Positions 1-7,866 of a DNA stretch of 64,000 nucleotides are shown here, piece after piece (position 1 is the first letter of the stretch; each line of letters opens with the position of its first letter). Made by a program: the position numbers and the translations under genes. Under the pieces are notes generated by a model. The model was not told where the DNA came from and did no database searches. It was given only the letters and a program-made list of their open reading frames with translations. This DNA comes from Candidatus Bathyarchaeia archaeon (GTDB lineage Archaea > Thermoproteota > Bathyarchaeia > Bathyarchaeales > Bathycorpusculaceae): NCBI GenBank assembly GCA_038727135.1, contig JAVYWL010000001.1, forward strand, positions 32,001 through 96,000, given 5' to 3'.

Positions 1-429
1 TTGCGGAAATTCCACGTATACGGCGCTTCTGTCCGTCAAACCCTTATTGTAGGTGTCTATGGCTTCAACTGGGCATTTTTGTGCACAAAGACCGCAACCG
101 TTGCATTTCTCTTCGTTTATGTAGCGGCTTCTTTTTCGAATCTTCACTTCGAAGTTTCCGGCCTCGCCTTTCAAGTCCAAAACTTCGCTGTTCGTAATCA
201 ACGAAATGTTGGGATGTCTCCCAGCAGCAACAAGCTTAGGAGCCAAAATGCACATAGAACAATCGTTTGTCGGGAAAGTCTTGTCAAGTTGAGCCATAAC
301 GCCGCCAATGCTGGGCGACTGGTCAACCATATACACCTTAAAGCCAGAATCCGCCAAGTCTAAAGCAGCCTGTATCCCAGCAACGCCGCCGCCGACGACC
401 AGCACTGCGCCAACCTTTCCTTCAGCCAT
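1..429 (-). CDS. hdrA: Heterodisulfide reductase subunit A-like protein, 5' part (runs off window start)
   Basis: Not in ORF track. Manual minus-strand translation from ATG at 429 gives MAEGKVGAVLVVGGGVAGIQAALDLADSGFKVY...GGVMAQLDKTFPTNDCSMCILAPKLV, with the FAD GxGxxG and HdrA FPTxDCxxC motifs. Confidence 0.9.
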   Translation of the reverse strand, partial: MAEGKVGAVLVVGGGVAGIQAALDLADSGFKVYMVDQSPSIGGVMAQLDKTFPTNDCSMCILAPKLVAAGRHPNISLITNSEVLDLKGEAGNFEVKIRKRSRYINEEKCNGCGLCAQKCPVEAIDTYNKGLTDRSAVYVEFPQ

Positions 430-431
430 CT

Positions 432-1178
432 TTATCGCACCTCCAAAGCCTTATACAAAGGCGTATAACCTTCAACATGGTCTAGGGCTATCATGCCCTT
501 CCGCCTCATGTTCGTTATATGCCTCAAAACAGCAGAAGGCTTTATCCCGAGAATTTGGGCTAACTCCTTAACAGAGCGGGGCTTAATCCTCGCCAAGTGG
601 TGGATTTTGTAGCGGATGAACTCAGCCCTAACAATATCATCTAATAGGGCGTCAAACTCCGCTTCTGGGATTTTCTCGCCATAAGCGTTCATAAATTCGG
701 TTAGCTCTTCCTCTCTTCCAAGTAAAACGCGAAGCCTAAAGGCTGAAGCCGCCTCCTTAGCTGCTGTGAGATTGGCTACAATCTCCTCTTTGCTGAGCGG
801 AGAATTTCCAAGCTTCCAAACCTCTTCGGAGAACACTTTGGCGTAGTGGCTGAAGTTTTTGTCTTCTAACGGTGAGACTAACAGGAGCTTCAGTCGTTCA
901 GGCTCAAGTCCAGCCAATGCCAGCAACTTCTTCAACATTTTAACGGCGCGTTCAGCATGGAGGTTGCCATCAACAAAGTGGCAGTCTGGAGGCTTACACC
1001 CAACAAGCAGCACGCCTTCAGCCCCATTGACAAAAGTTTCCAGAATCAGCGCTGGGTCCATTCTTCCAACACACATAACGCGGATAACATTAACATTGTA
1101 AGGAACACGTATCTCTTCTTCGCAGAAGGCCCAATTACACATGAAACAAACAATTTTTGGAGGGTTAGAAGAATCCAT
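432..1178 (-). CDS. mvhD: MvhD-like [2Fe-2S] subunit fused to C-terminal winged-helix HTH
   Basis: CFMCNW, IRVMCVGR, GCKPPDCHF (MvhD motifs); C-terminal SVKELAQILGIKPSAVLRHITNMRRKGMI is HTH-like; RBS GGAGAGGTG upstream. Confidence 0.85.
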   Translation of the reverse strand: MDSSNPPKIVCFMCNWAFCEEEIRVPYNVNVIRVMCVGRMDPALILETFVNGAEGVLLVGCKPPDCHFVDGNLHAERAVKMLKKLLALAGLEPERLKLLLVSPLEDKNFSHYAKVFSEEVWKLGNSPLSKEEIVANLTAAKEAASAFRLRVLLGREEELTEFMNAYGEKIPEAEFDALLDDIVRAEFIRYKIHHLARIKPRSVKELAQILGIKPSAVLRHITNMRRKGMIALDHVEGYTPLYKALEVR

Positions 1179-1185
1179 TTCTATT

Positions 1186-2901
1186 TCACCTCTCCAAGGC
1201 TGTTAAAACCATTGAGAGAATTTGCTCGTTAGAAAGCTTCTTCATAGTTATGGCTCTCTCTGGACAACGTGCTGCACAGAGTCCACAGCCCTTGCAAAGC
1301 TCCTCATTCACTTGGGCCACGCCCTTCTCGTTCTTTTTGATGGCGCCAACCGGGCAAATGACAGCACAGACATTGCAGCCCACGCATTTACCCTCATCCA
1401 CAACAGCCTTGTCACCCTCACATAAGTCCATGCTGGCGAGGCACTCCGCACATGGTCCACAACCCAGACAGCGGAAAGCTTCAAACCTTGCTTGACGCTT
1501 AAGCTTTTCAAGATACTCCCTTGCCTCTTCAAAACTCAAGTGAGGCTTCTCTATTGGAGCGTCGTATCTGCGCTCCTTTTTTTCCAGCAACCGCCAGTCC
1601 TTAACCCACGTGGTCTCTTCAATTTTCTCCTCTTCCCTATCCTTCCGCAAGTCCTCGCCCCTCAAATAACGGTGTATGGAAACCGCTGCACGCTTACCAG
1701 CACCAACAGCCTCGATGATGCTTGCTGGACCAGTGGCAACATCCCCACCAGCAAAAATCCCCGGAACATTAGTTTCCAATGTCATGGGGTCCACTTGCAG
1801 TGGCGGCCCCCGCTTCTCTTTGCTAATAAGTTCTGGGGGCAAAACAGATGTCTCAACAATCTGTCCAAGAGCAGGAATAACCATGTCAACCTCATATTGA
1901 TGTTCTGAAAAGGCAATCGGTATTGGGCGTCTTCTTCCAGTTTCGTCAGGCTCGCCCAAGCGCATTCTCAAGCATTCAACAGCCTTAACCCGCCCATTTT
2001 CGCCTATAATCTGCTTAGGAGCCACCAAGAAATAGAACTTTATTCCATCCTTCTCGGCAAGCTCCACTTCGTGGGGTAGCGCTGGCATCTCCTCGCGAGA
2101 ACGCCTATAAAGAATCATAACCTCCTTGGCGCCAAGCTTCTTAGCAGTTCTCGCAGCGTCTATGGCTGTGTTGCCACCGCCTATGACGGCTACTCTTTCG
2201 CCAACAGCTATTTTCTTGCCTAAAGCTATCGCCCTCAAAAAGTCAACAGCATTTATTACGCCCTCCAATTCCTCGCCTGGCACATTTAATTTCATGCCCA
2301 ATTGTGTACCGATGGCGAGGAAAATCGCCTTATAACCGTCCCTTTTAAGGCTTTCAATAGTTATGTCTTTGCCAAACTCAACGCCAGTCTTTATTTCAAC
2401 GCCTATGTCCTTTATGTAGGCAATTTCGTTTGCAACAACAAATTTTTCAAGTCGGAAGTCTGGTATGCAGTAGCGCATCATGCCGCCCGGCTCAGCCATC
2501 CGTTCAAAAACGGTAACCGGATAACCCAGCTTCGCAAGTTCATAAGCCGCTGTCAAACCAGCTGGCCCAGCACCGATTATGGCTATTTTCTCGCTGTACT
2601 TCTTTGGCACCGGTTCAGCAACAACTCTTCCTTGTTCGCGTTCGATGTCTGCCACAAGCCTCTTTAAGGCGCGTATAGCCACCGCCTGGTCAAGGTTTAC
2701 TCTTGCGCATGCATCTTCACATGGGCTGAAGCAAACCCTTCCGCAAATGGCTGGGAAGGGCATGTCCCGCCTTATGACTTCAACAGCTTCCTTAAACTTG
2801 CCCCTCTGGATAAGAGCCACATAAGCCTGAACATTGACATGTGCTGGACATGCTGCTCGACAAGGAGGTAATTTCCTAACCTCTTGTAATGGCTTTTCCA
2901 T
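1186..2901 (-). CDS. GltD/NfnB(SudA)-like FAD/NAD(P)-binding oxidoreductase with C-terminal 2x[4Fe-4S] domain
   Basis: PPCRAACPAH, ICGRVC, GAGPAG, GGGNTAID, YRRS, AGGD, then two CxxCxxCxxxCP motifs; start taken at ATG 2901 (MEKPLQ). Confidence 0.85.
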   Translation of the reverse strand: MEKPLQEVRKLPPCRAACPAHVNVQAYVALIQRGKFKEAVEVIRRDMPFPAICGRVCFSPCEDACARVNLDQAVAIRALKRLVADIEREQGRVVAEPVPKKYSEKIAIIGAGPAGLTAAYELAKLGYPVTVFERMAEPGGMMRYCIPDFRLEKFVVANEIAYIKDIGVEIKTGVEFGKDITIESLKRDGYKAIFLAIGTQLGMKLNVPGEELEGVINAVDFLRAIALGKKIAVGERVAVIGGGNTAIDAARTAKKLGAKEVMILYRRSREEMPALPHEVELAEKDGIKFYFLVAPKQIIGENGRVKAVECLRMRLGEPDETGRRRPIPIAFSEHQYEVDMVIPALGQIVETSVLPPELISKEKRGPPLQVDPMTLETNVPGIFAGGDVATGPASIIEAVGAGKRAAVSIHRYLRGEDLRKDREEEKIEETTWVKDWRLLEKKERRYDAPIEKPHLSFEEAREYLEKLKRQARFEAFRCLGCGPCAECLASMDLCEGDKAVVDEGKCVGCNVCAVICPVGAIKKNEKGVAQVNEELCKGCGLCAARCPERAITMKKLSNEQILSMVLTALER

Positions 2902-3027
2902 CAAGGTTATCAGCCTTCTTAGAAGCATATTTGAATGTTAAACCAGATATATTAAGCCATCTAAACCAAACTTAACACAAAATTAACATAAAATTTCAAC
3001 ATAAAAAGAGGGGGAAATGGAGGGGGT

Positions 3028-3618
3028 TTATTCGCGAAGTCTTCCTTCGAGTTTGCTAACCCACTTGTTATATTCCCTAGAGCTTAGAAGGCTTTTGAGC
3101 TCCTCCTCAAGCGTCAAGGAGTTTTTGGGCTTGATCTCGACTATCCAACCCTCGCCATACGGATCTTCATTTACCAGGTAAGGCTTATCCTTCAATTTTT
3201 CGTTAATCTTAACGATTTTGCCGCTCACGGGCGCGTATAAATCAAACATAAACATCCAAGTTTCAGCTACACCGAAGGGCTCCATTTTGGCAACTTCCTT
3301 CCCAACGGGTTCGGTCATGATGTTTGCAATGCCTTTAAGATGCCTCTGGGCGTAGTCTGAAACACCCACACGGATGTTTCCTTCAGGGGTTATTTGCGCC
3401 CATGTGTGCTTCGGCGTGTATAGCAACTGCTCCGGAATAGCCAAAAGCTCTTCACGTTTTGCTGCTGGAATTCCCTCAGCCCGCATCAGCTCTTCTAAGC
3501 GCAGCCTTATGGCTTCGGAGACAAATTCTGATATGCTTCTGTATCGTCCTGTTCTTAGTAGTCTCTCGATTTCTTTTATTAGCTCTTGCCTTATGCTTAC
3601 GGTTTTCCATTCAGACAT
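3028..3618 (-). CDS. Ribbon-helix-helix (CopG/Arc-like) domain fused to GcvH/lipoyl-carrier-like domain lacking the lipoyl lysine
   Basis: N-term KTVSIRQELIKEIERLL..YRSISEFVSEAIR (RHH); C-term YTPKHTW..RVGVSDYAQ..DLYAPVSG..VNEDPYGEGWI (GcvH), with ETWM in place of ESVK. Confidence 0.85.
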   Translation of the reverse strand: MSEWKTVSIRQELIKEIERLLRTGRYRSISEFVSEAIRLRLEELMRAEGIPAAKREELLAIPEQLLYTPKHTWAQITPEGNIRVGVSDYAQRHLKGIANIMTEPVGKEVAKMEPFGVAETWMFMFDLYAPVSGKIVKINEKLKDKPYLVNEDPYGEGWIVEIKPKNSLTLEEELKSLLSSREYNKWVSKLEGRLRE

Positions 3619-3744
3619 TTCATATCAGCCTCCTTTACATCTGCGTGATATATAGAGCAAAGCAAAAGATATATATCTAACGTAAATAGAAAATATAGAA
3701 TAAATAATTGCGTCAAAGTAAATACTATAAATAGAGGGAAGCCT

Positions 3745-4818
3745 TTGGAAATTAGAAAAGTTCAAAGAGTAGGACATTCAACAATGACTGTTTCGCTTCC
3801 AAACGAGTGGATTAAAGAACACGGCATAAAGCCGCGAGACCTACTATTCATATTGCCAGAAAGGGACGGCTCCCTAAAAATAATGCCGAGGCACATAGCC
3901 CAAAAAGAGGAAGCCGAAGAATACATTGTTAATGCAGATGCATGCGACGAGCCGGGAATGCTTGAAAGAATAATTGTTGGAAGCTACATTCTAGGACGGG
4001 ATGTTATACGGGTAATCTCAACAAGCCGCATAGGTAAAAACCACGTAGACGAAGTTCGGAGGATAGTTCAAAAACTTATTGGGTTGGGCATCCTTGAAGA
4101 GACCCCTAAAAGCATACTCTTGCAGTGCTCTATAGACTCTACGAAGTTCAAACTTGACATGCTCATACGGAGGCTTGCCCTAATAGCTTCAACAATACTT
4201 TCTGAGGCTATGCAAGGCTTTAAGGAGAAAAAATATGACATTGTGGAGGAAGCCATCGCACGGGAAGACGAGGCTGACAAAATCTACTATTTGGCGGTGC
4301 GTCTGCTTCTTTCCGCGCAAGTGAAACCAGCCATAGCCGAAGAGGTTGGCATGGTTGACGTACTTTTTATACCAGCTGCAAGGCTGATTCTGCAGTACCT
4401 GGAGCTGGTGGCAGATTATTCCGAGGACTTAGCTAAGGAGGTTCTTGAAATGGAGATTTACAGAAATAGGCTTCCAGAGGATGTTGTTGACAGAATATTC
4501 CATTTAAGCGAGCTAACTCAGACAATTCTCCAGAAATCTATTGAATGCATCTTCACAAGGGATTTGAAGGTTGCAAACCAACTTCTTGAAATGAGAAAAG
4601 TGCTTGAGGTGGACTCCAATAGGCTTATGAGGGAAGCCCCAGAAATCCCCTATGTAAGGTCTATTCTCTCTTGCCTAAGCAAGATTGCTGACAAAGGCGC
4701 CACAATAGCTGAAATAGCCATAAACAGAGCCTTAGAAGATCCGAGCAGGTATGTTGGCGATGTTGTCAGAGCAGTTAAGCATGTTAGAACTCTACCATTG
4801 ACTATTGGAAAGAAATAG
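3745..4818 (+). CDS. PhoU-family regulator with N-terminal AbrB/SpoVT domain
   Basis: EIRKVQRVGHSTMTVSLPNEW (AbrB-like), REDEADKIYYL and LELVADY PhoU repeats; typical archaeal architecture. Confidence 0.85.
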   Translation: MEIRKVQRVGHSTMTVSLPNEWIKEHGIKPRDLLFILPERDGSLKIMPRHIAQKEEAEEYIVNADACDEPGMLERIIVGSYILGRDVIRVISTSRIGKNHVDEVRRIVQKLIGLGILEETPKSILLQCSIDSTKFKLDMLIRRLALIASTILSEAMQGFKEKKYDIVEEAIAREDEADKIYYLAVRLLLSAQVKPAIAEEVGMVDVLFIPAARLILQYLELVADYSEDLAKEVLEMEIYRNRLPEDVVDRIFHLSELTQTILQKSIECIFTRDLKVANQLLEMRKVLEVDSNRLMREAPEIPYVRSILSCLSKIADKGATIAEIAINRALEDPSRYVGDVVRAVKHVRTLPLTIGKK

Positions 4819-4909
4819 CTTTCGAAAGTTAATGCCATAATTCATCTACACTTAAAGTAACAAAGTTAAAATAGGATGAAATGTAAAATAATACTTAGAG
4901 GAAGACGTC

Positions 4910-5374
4910 ATGAGTGATGATTTTGAAGAGGCTTTAAGGAACATAGACGTCTTCTGCAAAGTTTTAGCCAAAAAACTGGTGGAAAGCCTTAGGATAGAAG
5001 AAAGCGAGGGAGAAAATCCCCTAGAGCCTATGGAGGGGCTTTTGAAAAGGAAGTATGTTATTGAGGAAAGGTTCGAGGAAAGCCCAACCGTCAAACATTT
5101 TATTCCACTGCCCCATGCTGAAGAGCCCTTAATAGACATTTTTGAAGACGAAAATTATGTTAAGGTTCTGATGCAGTGCCGCTGCAGAGACCAGCGGGTG
5201 ACAGTAAACAAGTTTGAGGATGGCTTACAAATATGCTTGGAAAATACTTGCTGGAAGCTCAACCTTCCAGTTGATGAGCTGCAAGTGGAAAACATAATTA
5301 TGAAGTGCAACAACAATGAGGCTTTGGAGGTTGAAATTCCGAAGTTAAAGACAACTGTAAACTACAGAAATTAA
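4910..5374 (+). CDS. Hypothetical protein, C-terminal Hsp20/alpha-crystallin-like region
   Basis: EEPLIDIFEDENYVKVL...LNLP...NNEALEVEIPK resembles small heat-shock domain. Confidence 0.5.
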   Translation: MSDDFEEALRNIDVFCKVLAKKLVESLRIEESEGENPLEPMEGLLKRKYVIEERFEESPTVKHFIPLPHAEEPLIDIFEDENYVKVLMQCRCRDQRVTVNKFEDGLQICLENTCWKLNLPVDELQVENIIMKCNNNEALEVEIPKLKTTVNYRN

Positions 5375-5385
5375 GGCGAGGAGCG

Positions 5386-5628
5386 CTAAACAGCCACGCC
5401 CTTCTGTTTAATTCTCCGCCGGCAAGCCTCTTCCTCAGCACATTTTGCACAAGTGTAAATAACGTCAAACTCGCTTTTGGTTGGGTTTTCAGGATTAACA
5501 ATGAATACGAAGCATTCCTCACCCTTTCTAATAACTCCGCCACAACAGAAGCATTTGTGCTCTTTAAGGGCTGTAATCTTCATTTTTACGTCCTCAAAAC
5601 CATATGCTACATCATCAGCTTTTAACAC
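5386..5628 (-). CDS. Small putative zinc-finger protein
   Basis: HKCFCCGGVIRKGE...YTCAKC; real start may be ATG 5583. Confidence 0.55.
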   Translation of the reverse strand: MLKADDVAYGFEDVKMKITALKEHKCFCCGGVIRKGEECFVFIVNPENPTKSEFDVIYTCAKCAEEEACRRRIKQKGVAV

Positions 5629-5649
5629 TTTCTAACAGAAGACAGAAAA

Positions 5650-6102
5650 TTAAATTGTGAGAACCGCGTTTAAGCCCTCCGTTTTAGCTGCCTCATAAAC
5701 CCTTTTATCGCCAGTTAAGAAGTTCGTGGCATTTACCGCTTTAGCGGACACTATTTGGAGGGCGTCCGCCTGATACAAATGATGCTTTTCTAAGAGGCGC
5801 CAGCTTTCAATAAGTAACCTAAAACGTATAGGAATTAGCCTTAAAACTCCTAAACGGGCAAGCCTTCTAGTTTCTAGGAGGAACTTGCCTTTGGCTATTA
5901 AGTAATTTCTATTGCTTAATATGCCTCTTACGTGGGCTTTGTCAAAGGCGCCGAGCACCTCGCCTATGTTCCAAGAGTTGAATGTGATGGTTAATTCGCC
6001 AGAATAGGCTTTAAGATAAACCTCTTTAGCAATTTTACTTCCAGGCTCCTTGACGTAACGTTTAACCAGACTACTGGAATCAAGATAGACTACTTCTTTC
6101 AT
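5650..6102 (-). CDS. vapC: PIN-domain toxin (VapC family)
   Basis: VYLDSSSLVKRY..E, ADALQIVSA, FLTGDKR acidic PIN motifs; overlaps upstream small gene. Confidence 0.85.
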   Translation of the reverse strand: MKEVVYLDSSSLVKRYVKEPGSKIAKEVYLKAYSGELTITFNSWNIGEVLGAFDKAHVRGILSNRNYLIAKGKFLLETRRLARLGVLRLIPIRFRLLIESWRLLEKHHLYQADALQIVSAKAVNATNFLTGDKRVYEAAKTEGLNAVLTI

Positions 6103-6346
6103 CCCTCATAGTCCTCACAAGGGTACTTACAAGGCCTTTTTTAGGCTTAACAGGCTCAAAATCTATCTCATAGTCTTCAGTGTTTTCTATGTCTTTAACA
6201 GCCTCGTCGAGGAGTTCCTCTACAAGCTCATCCTTAATGAGGTCTTCAAGGGCTTGACTTATTTCTAGGCCTCTCCTCGCTAGGCTTGATTTGTACTTTT
6301 CCCATAGCTCCTTGTCTGCATATATGCTGGTTTTTACTTTGCCCAC
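6080..6346 (-). CDS. Putative antitoxin (VapB-like, RHH-type N-terminus)
   Basis: 88 aa, KTSIYADKELW..ISQALEDLI, ends LVRTMRDER; overlaps vapC start. Confidence 0.75.
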   Translation of the reverse strand: MGKVKTSIYADKELWEKYKSSLARRGLEISQALEDLIKDELVEELLDEAVKDIENTEDYEIDFEPVKPKKGLVSTLVRTMRDERSSLS

Positions 6347-6456
6347 CGCTGGTGCCTCCTATACTGAATATACCTAAATTGGTATTTAAGATTCTCGCTT
6401 TAAACCAAAATGTGCTAAACTTTGCTAAAAAGAAAAATGAAAAATAAAAGTAGATT

Positions 6457-7332
6457 TCAGCCAATTTTTTCTAAAACTTTGTCGATTTTTATCTTGTGGA
6501 AGTCTAGTGCGAGTTCTTTTGGCTCTACTCCTAGGCTTAGGCTTAATAGTTCGGCGTAGTGGATTATTGGTATGTTGTACTCTTCCTTGTAGGTGGTTTT
6601 TATCAGCATTTGTCCAAGGTCAAGGGTTAGGAAGCAGAAGGGACATAGGGTTGATATGCAGTCTGCCCCAGCGTTGTAGGCGTTTACAATTTTGTCTCTT
6701 GCTATAGCTAGTGCCACATCGTCTGCATAGCCTCTTAGGAGTCCTCCGCAGCATCGCAGCTTATTCTTATATGGTATGCTTTTGGCGCCTAGAGCCTCTA
6801 TCAGGGTGTCGAATATGCGGGGGCGTTCTGGATCGTCAAAGCGTAGGAGTTCGCTTGGGCGTAGTAGGTGGCATCCTGAAAAGGCGGCTACCTTAAGATT
6901 GTTTAACGGTTTGATAATGCTTCGTCTTAAGCGGTTTACGCCTATATCATTCATTAAGACCTGTAGGTAATGCCTAACCTCTTTTATGCCTTTAAACTCC
7001 TTGCCAGTGTTGGCTAAAATCTTATTGACCTTTTCACGTAGTTCCGGCTTTTCTTTTAATAGGCGATTTGCAATTGTTAGGGATTCAAAGCATCCAGTGC
7101 AAAGCGTGAGTATGTTTAGGTCTGCTTCTTCCGCTAGGCAAATGTTGTAGGCGGCTATTGCCAAGCTTGTTTCCAAGTCTATTGACTGAAGTGGTGGCGG
7201 AGCGCAACACGTTGCGCCTTCCATGTCTACGAGTTGTATTCCGAGTTTTGTTAGGGCTTTTCTTGCGGCGAGTTCATAGTGGGGCTGGCGGGCGGGTATT
7301 GTGCAGCCTAAAAACAAGGCGTAGCTTGTCAT
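6457..7332 (-). CDS. hdrB: Heterodisulfide reductase subunit B
   Basis: YALFLGC, TCC, CTGC, GCHLLRP, RCCGG, CPFC (two CCG domains); follows hdrC. Confidence 0.93.
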   Translation of the reverse strand: MTSYALFLGCTIPARQPHYELAARKALTKLGIQLVDMEGATCCAPPPLQSIDLETSLAIAAYNICLAEEADLNILTLCTGCFESLTIANRLLKEKPELREKVNKILANTGKEFKGIKEVRHYLQVLMNDIGVNRLRRSIIKPLNNLKVAAFSGCHLLRPSELLRFDDPERPRIFDTLIEALGAKSIPYKNKLRCCGGLLRGYADDVALAIARDKIVNAYNAGADCISTLCPFCFLTLDLGQMLIKTTYKEEYNIPIIHYAELLSLSLGVEPKELALDFHKIKIDKVLEKIG

Positions 7333-7844
7333 TGCGGTGTACCCTCCTTCTTAAACATGACTTTGTCGAAGCCTGTCGCCGCCAGAATCTTTTTTATGGC
7401 TTCTATATCTGCTGGTTTTAGTGTTGGTAATCCATAGTCAGCCCTTTTCTTTTCCAGGAATTTCGAGATGGGGGCTAGACGTCCCTCGCTTAGGAGTCCT
7501 GTGGCGAATTCTGTGTATATGGCGGGTATGTTGCCTTCGCGAATGGCTATGTTTCTTAGGGCGTATATCACATCTGCAATCTCAACTTTTTGTGGGCAGC
7601 GTTCTTGGCAGTTGTAGCATGAGGCGCAAAGCCATATAGCGTCGCCCTTTAGAACTTCGTCTCTTTGCCCTAGTAGGGCTAGCCTTATTATTTGGCGGGG
7701 GTTGTAGCGTTCTGTCGTTCTCGCGACTGGGCATGTGCTGGCGCATGTGCCGCACTGGTAGCAGCGGGTTATTGTTTCTCCGCCGAGTCTGCTGGTTATT
7801 TCCCTTGCAAAATCGCGGGGTTTTTCTTCAGCCATTTTGCTCAC
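7329..7844 (-). CDS. hdrC: Heterodisulfide reductase subunit C
   Basis: CYQCGTCASTCP and WLCASCYNCQERCP. Confidence 0.93.
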   Translation of the reverse strand: MSKMAEEKPRDFAREITSRLGGETITRCYQCGTCASTCPVARTTERYNPRQIIRLALLGQRDEVLKGDAIWLCASCYNCQERCPQKVEIADVIYALRNIAIREGNIPAIYTEFATGLLSEGRLAPISKFLEKKRADYGLPTLKPADIEAIKKILAATGFDKVMFKKEGTPQ

Positions 7845-7866
7845 CTTTTGCAGTGTTCGCTTTAAG

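Noticed and set aside
1-363. Plus-strand 120-aa ORF and other plus-strand ORFs across 1-2.9 kb
   Set aside because: Antisense shadows of hdrA, mvhD and the oxidoreductase.
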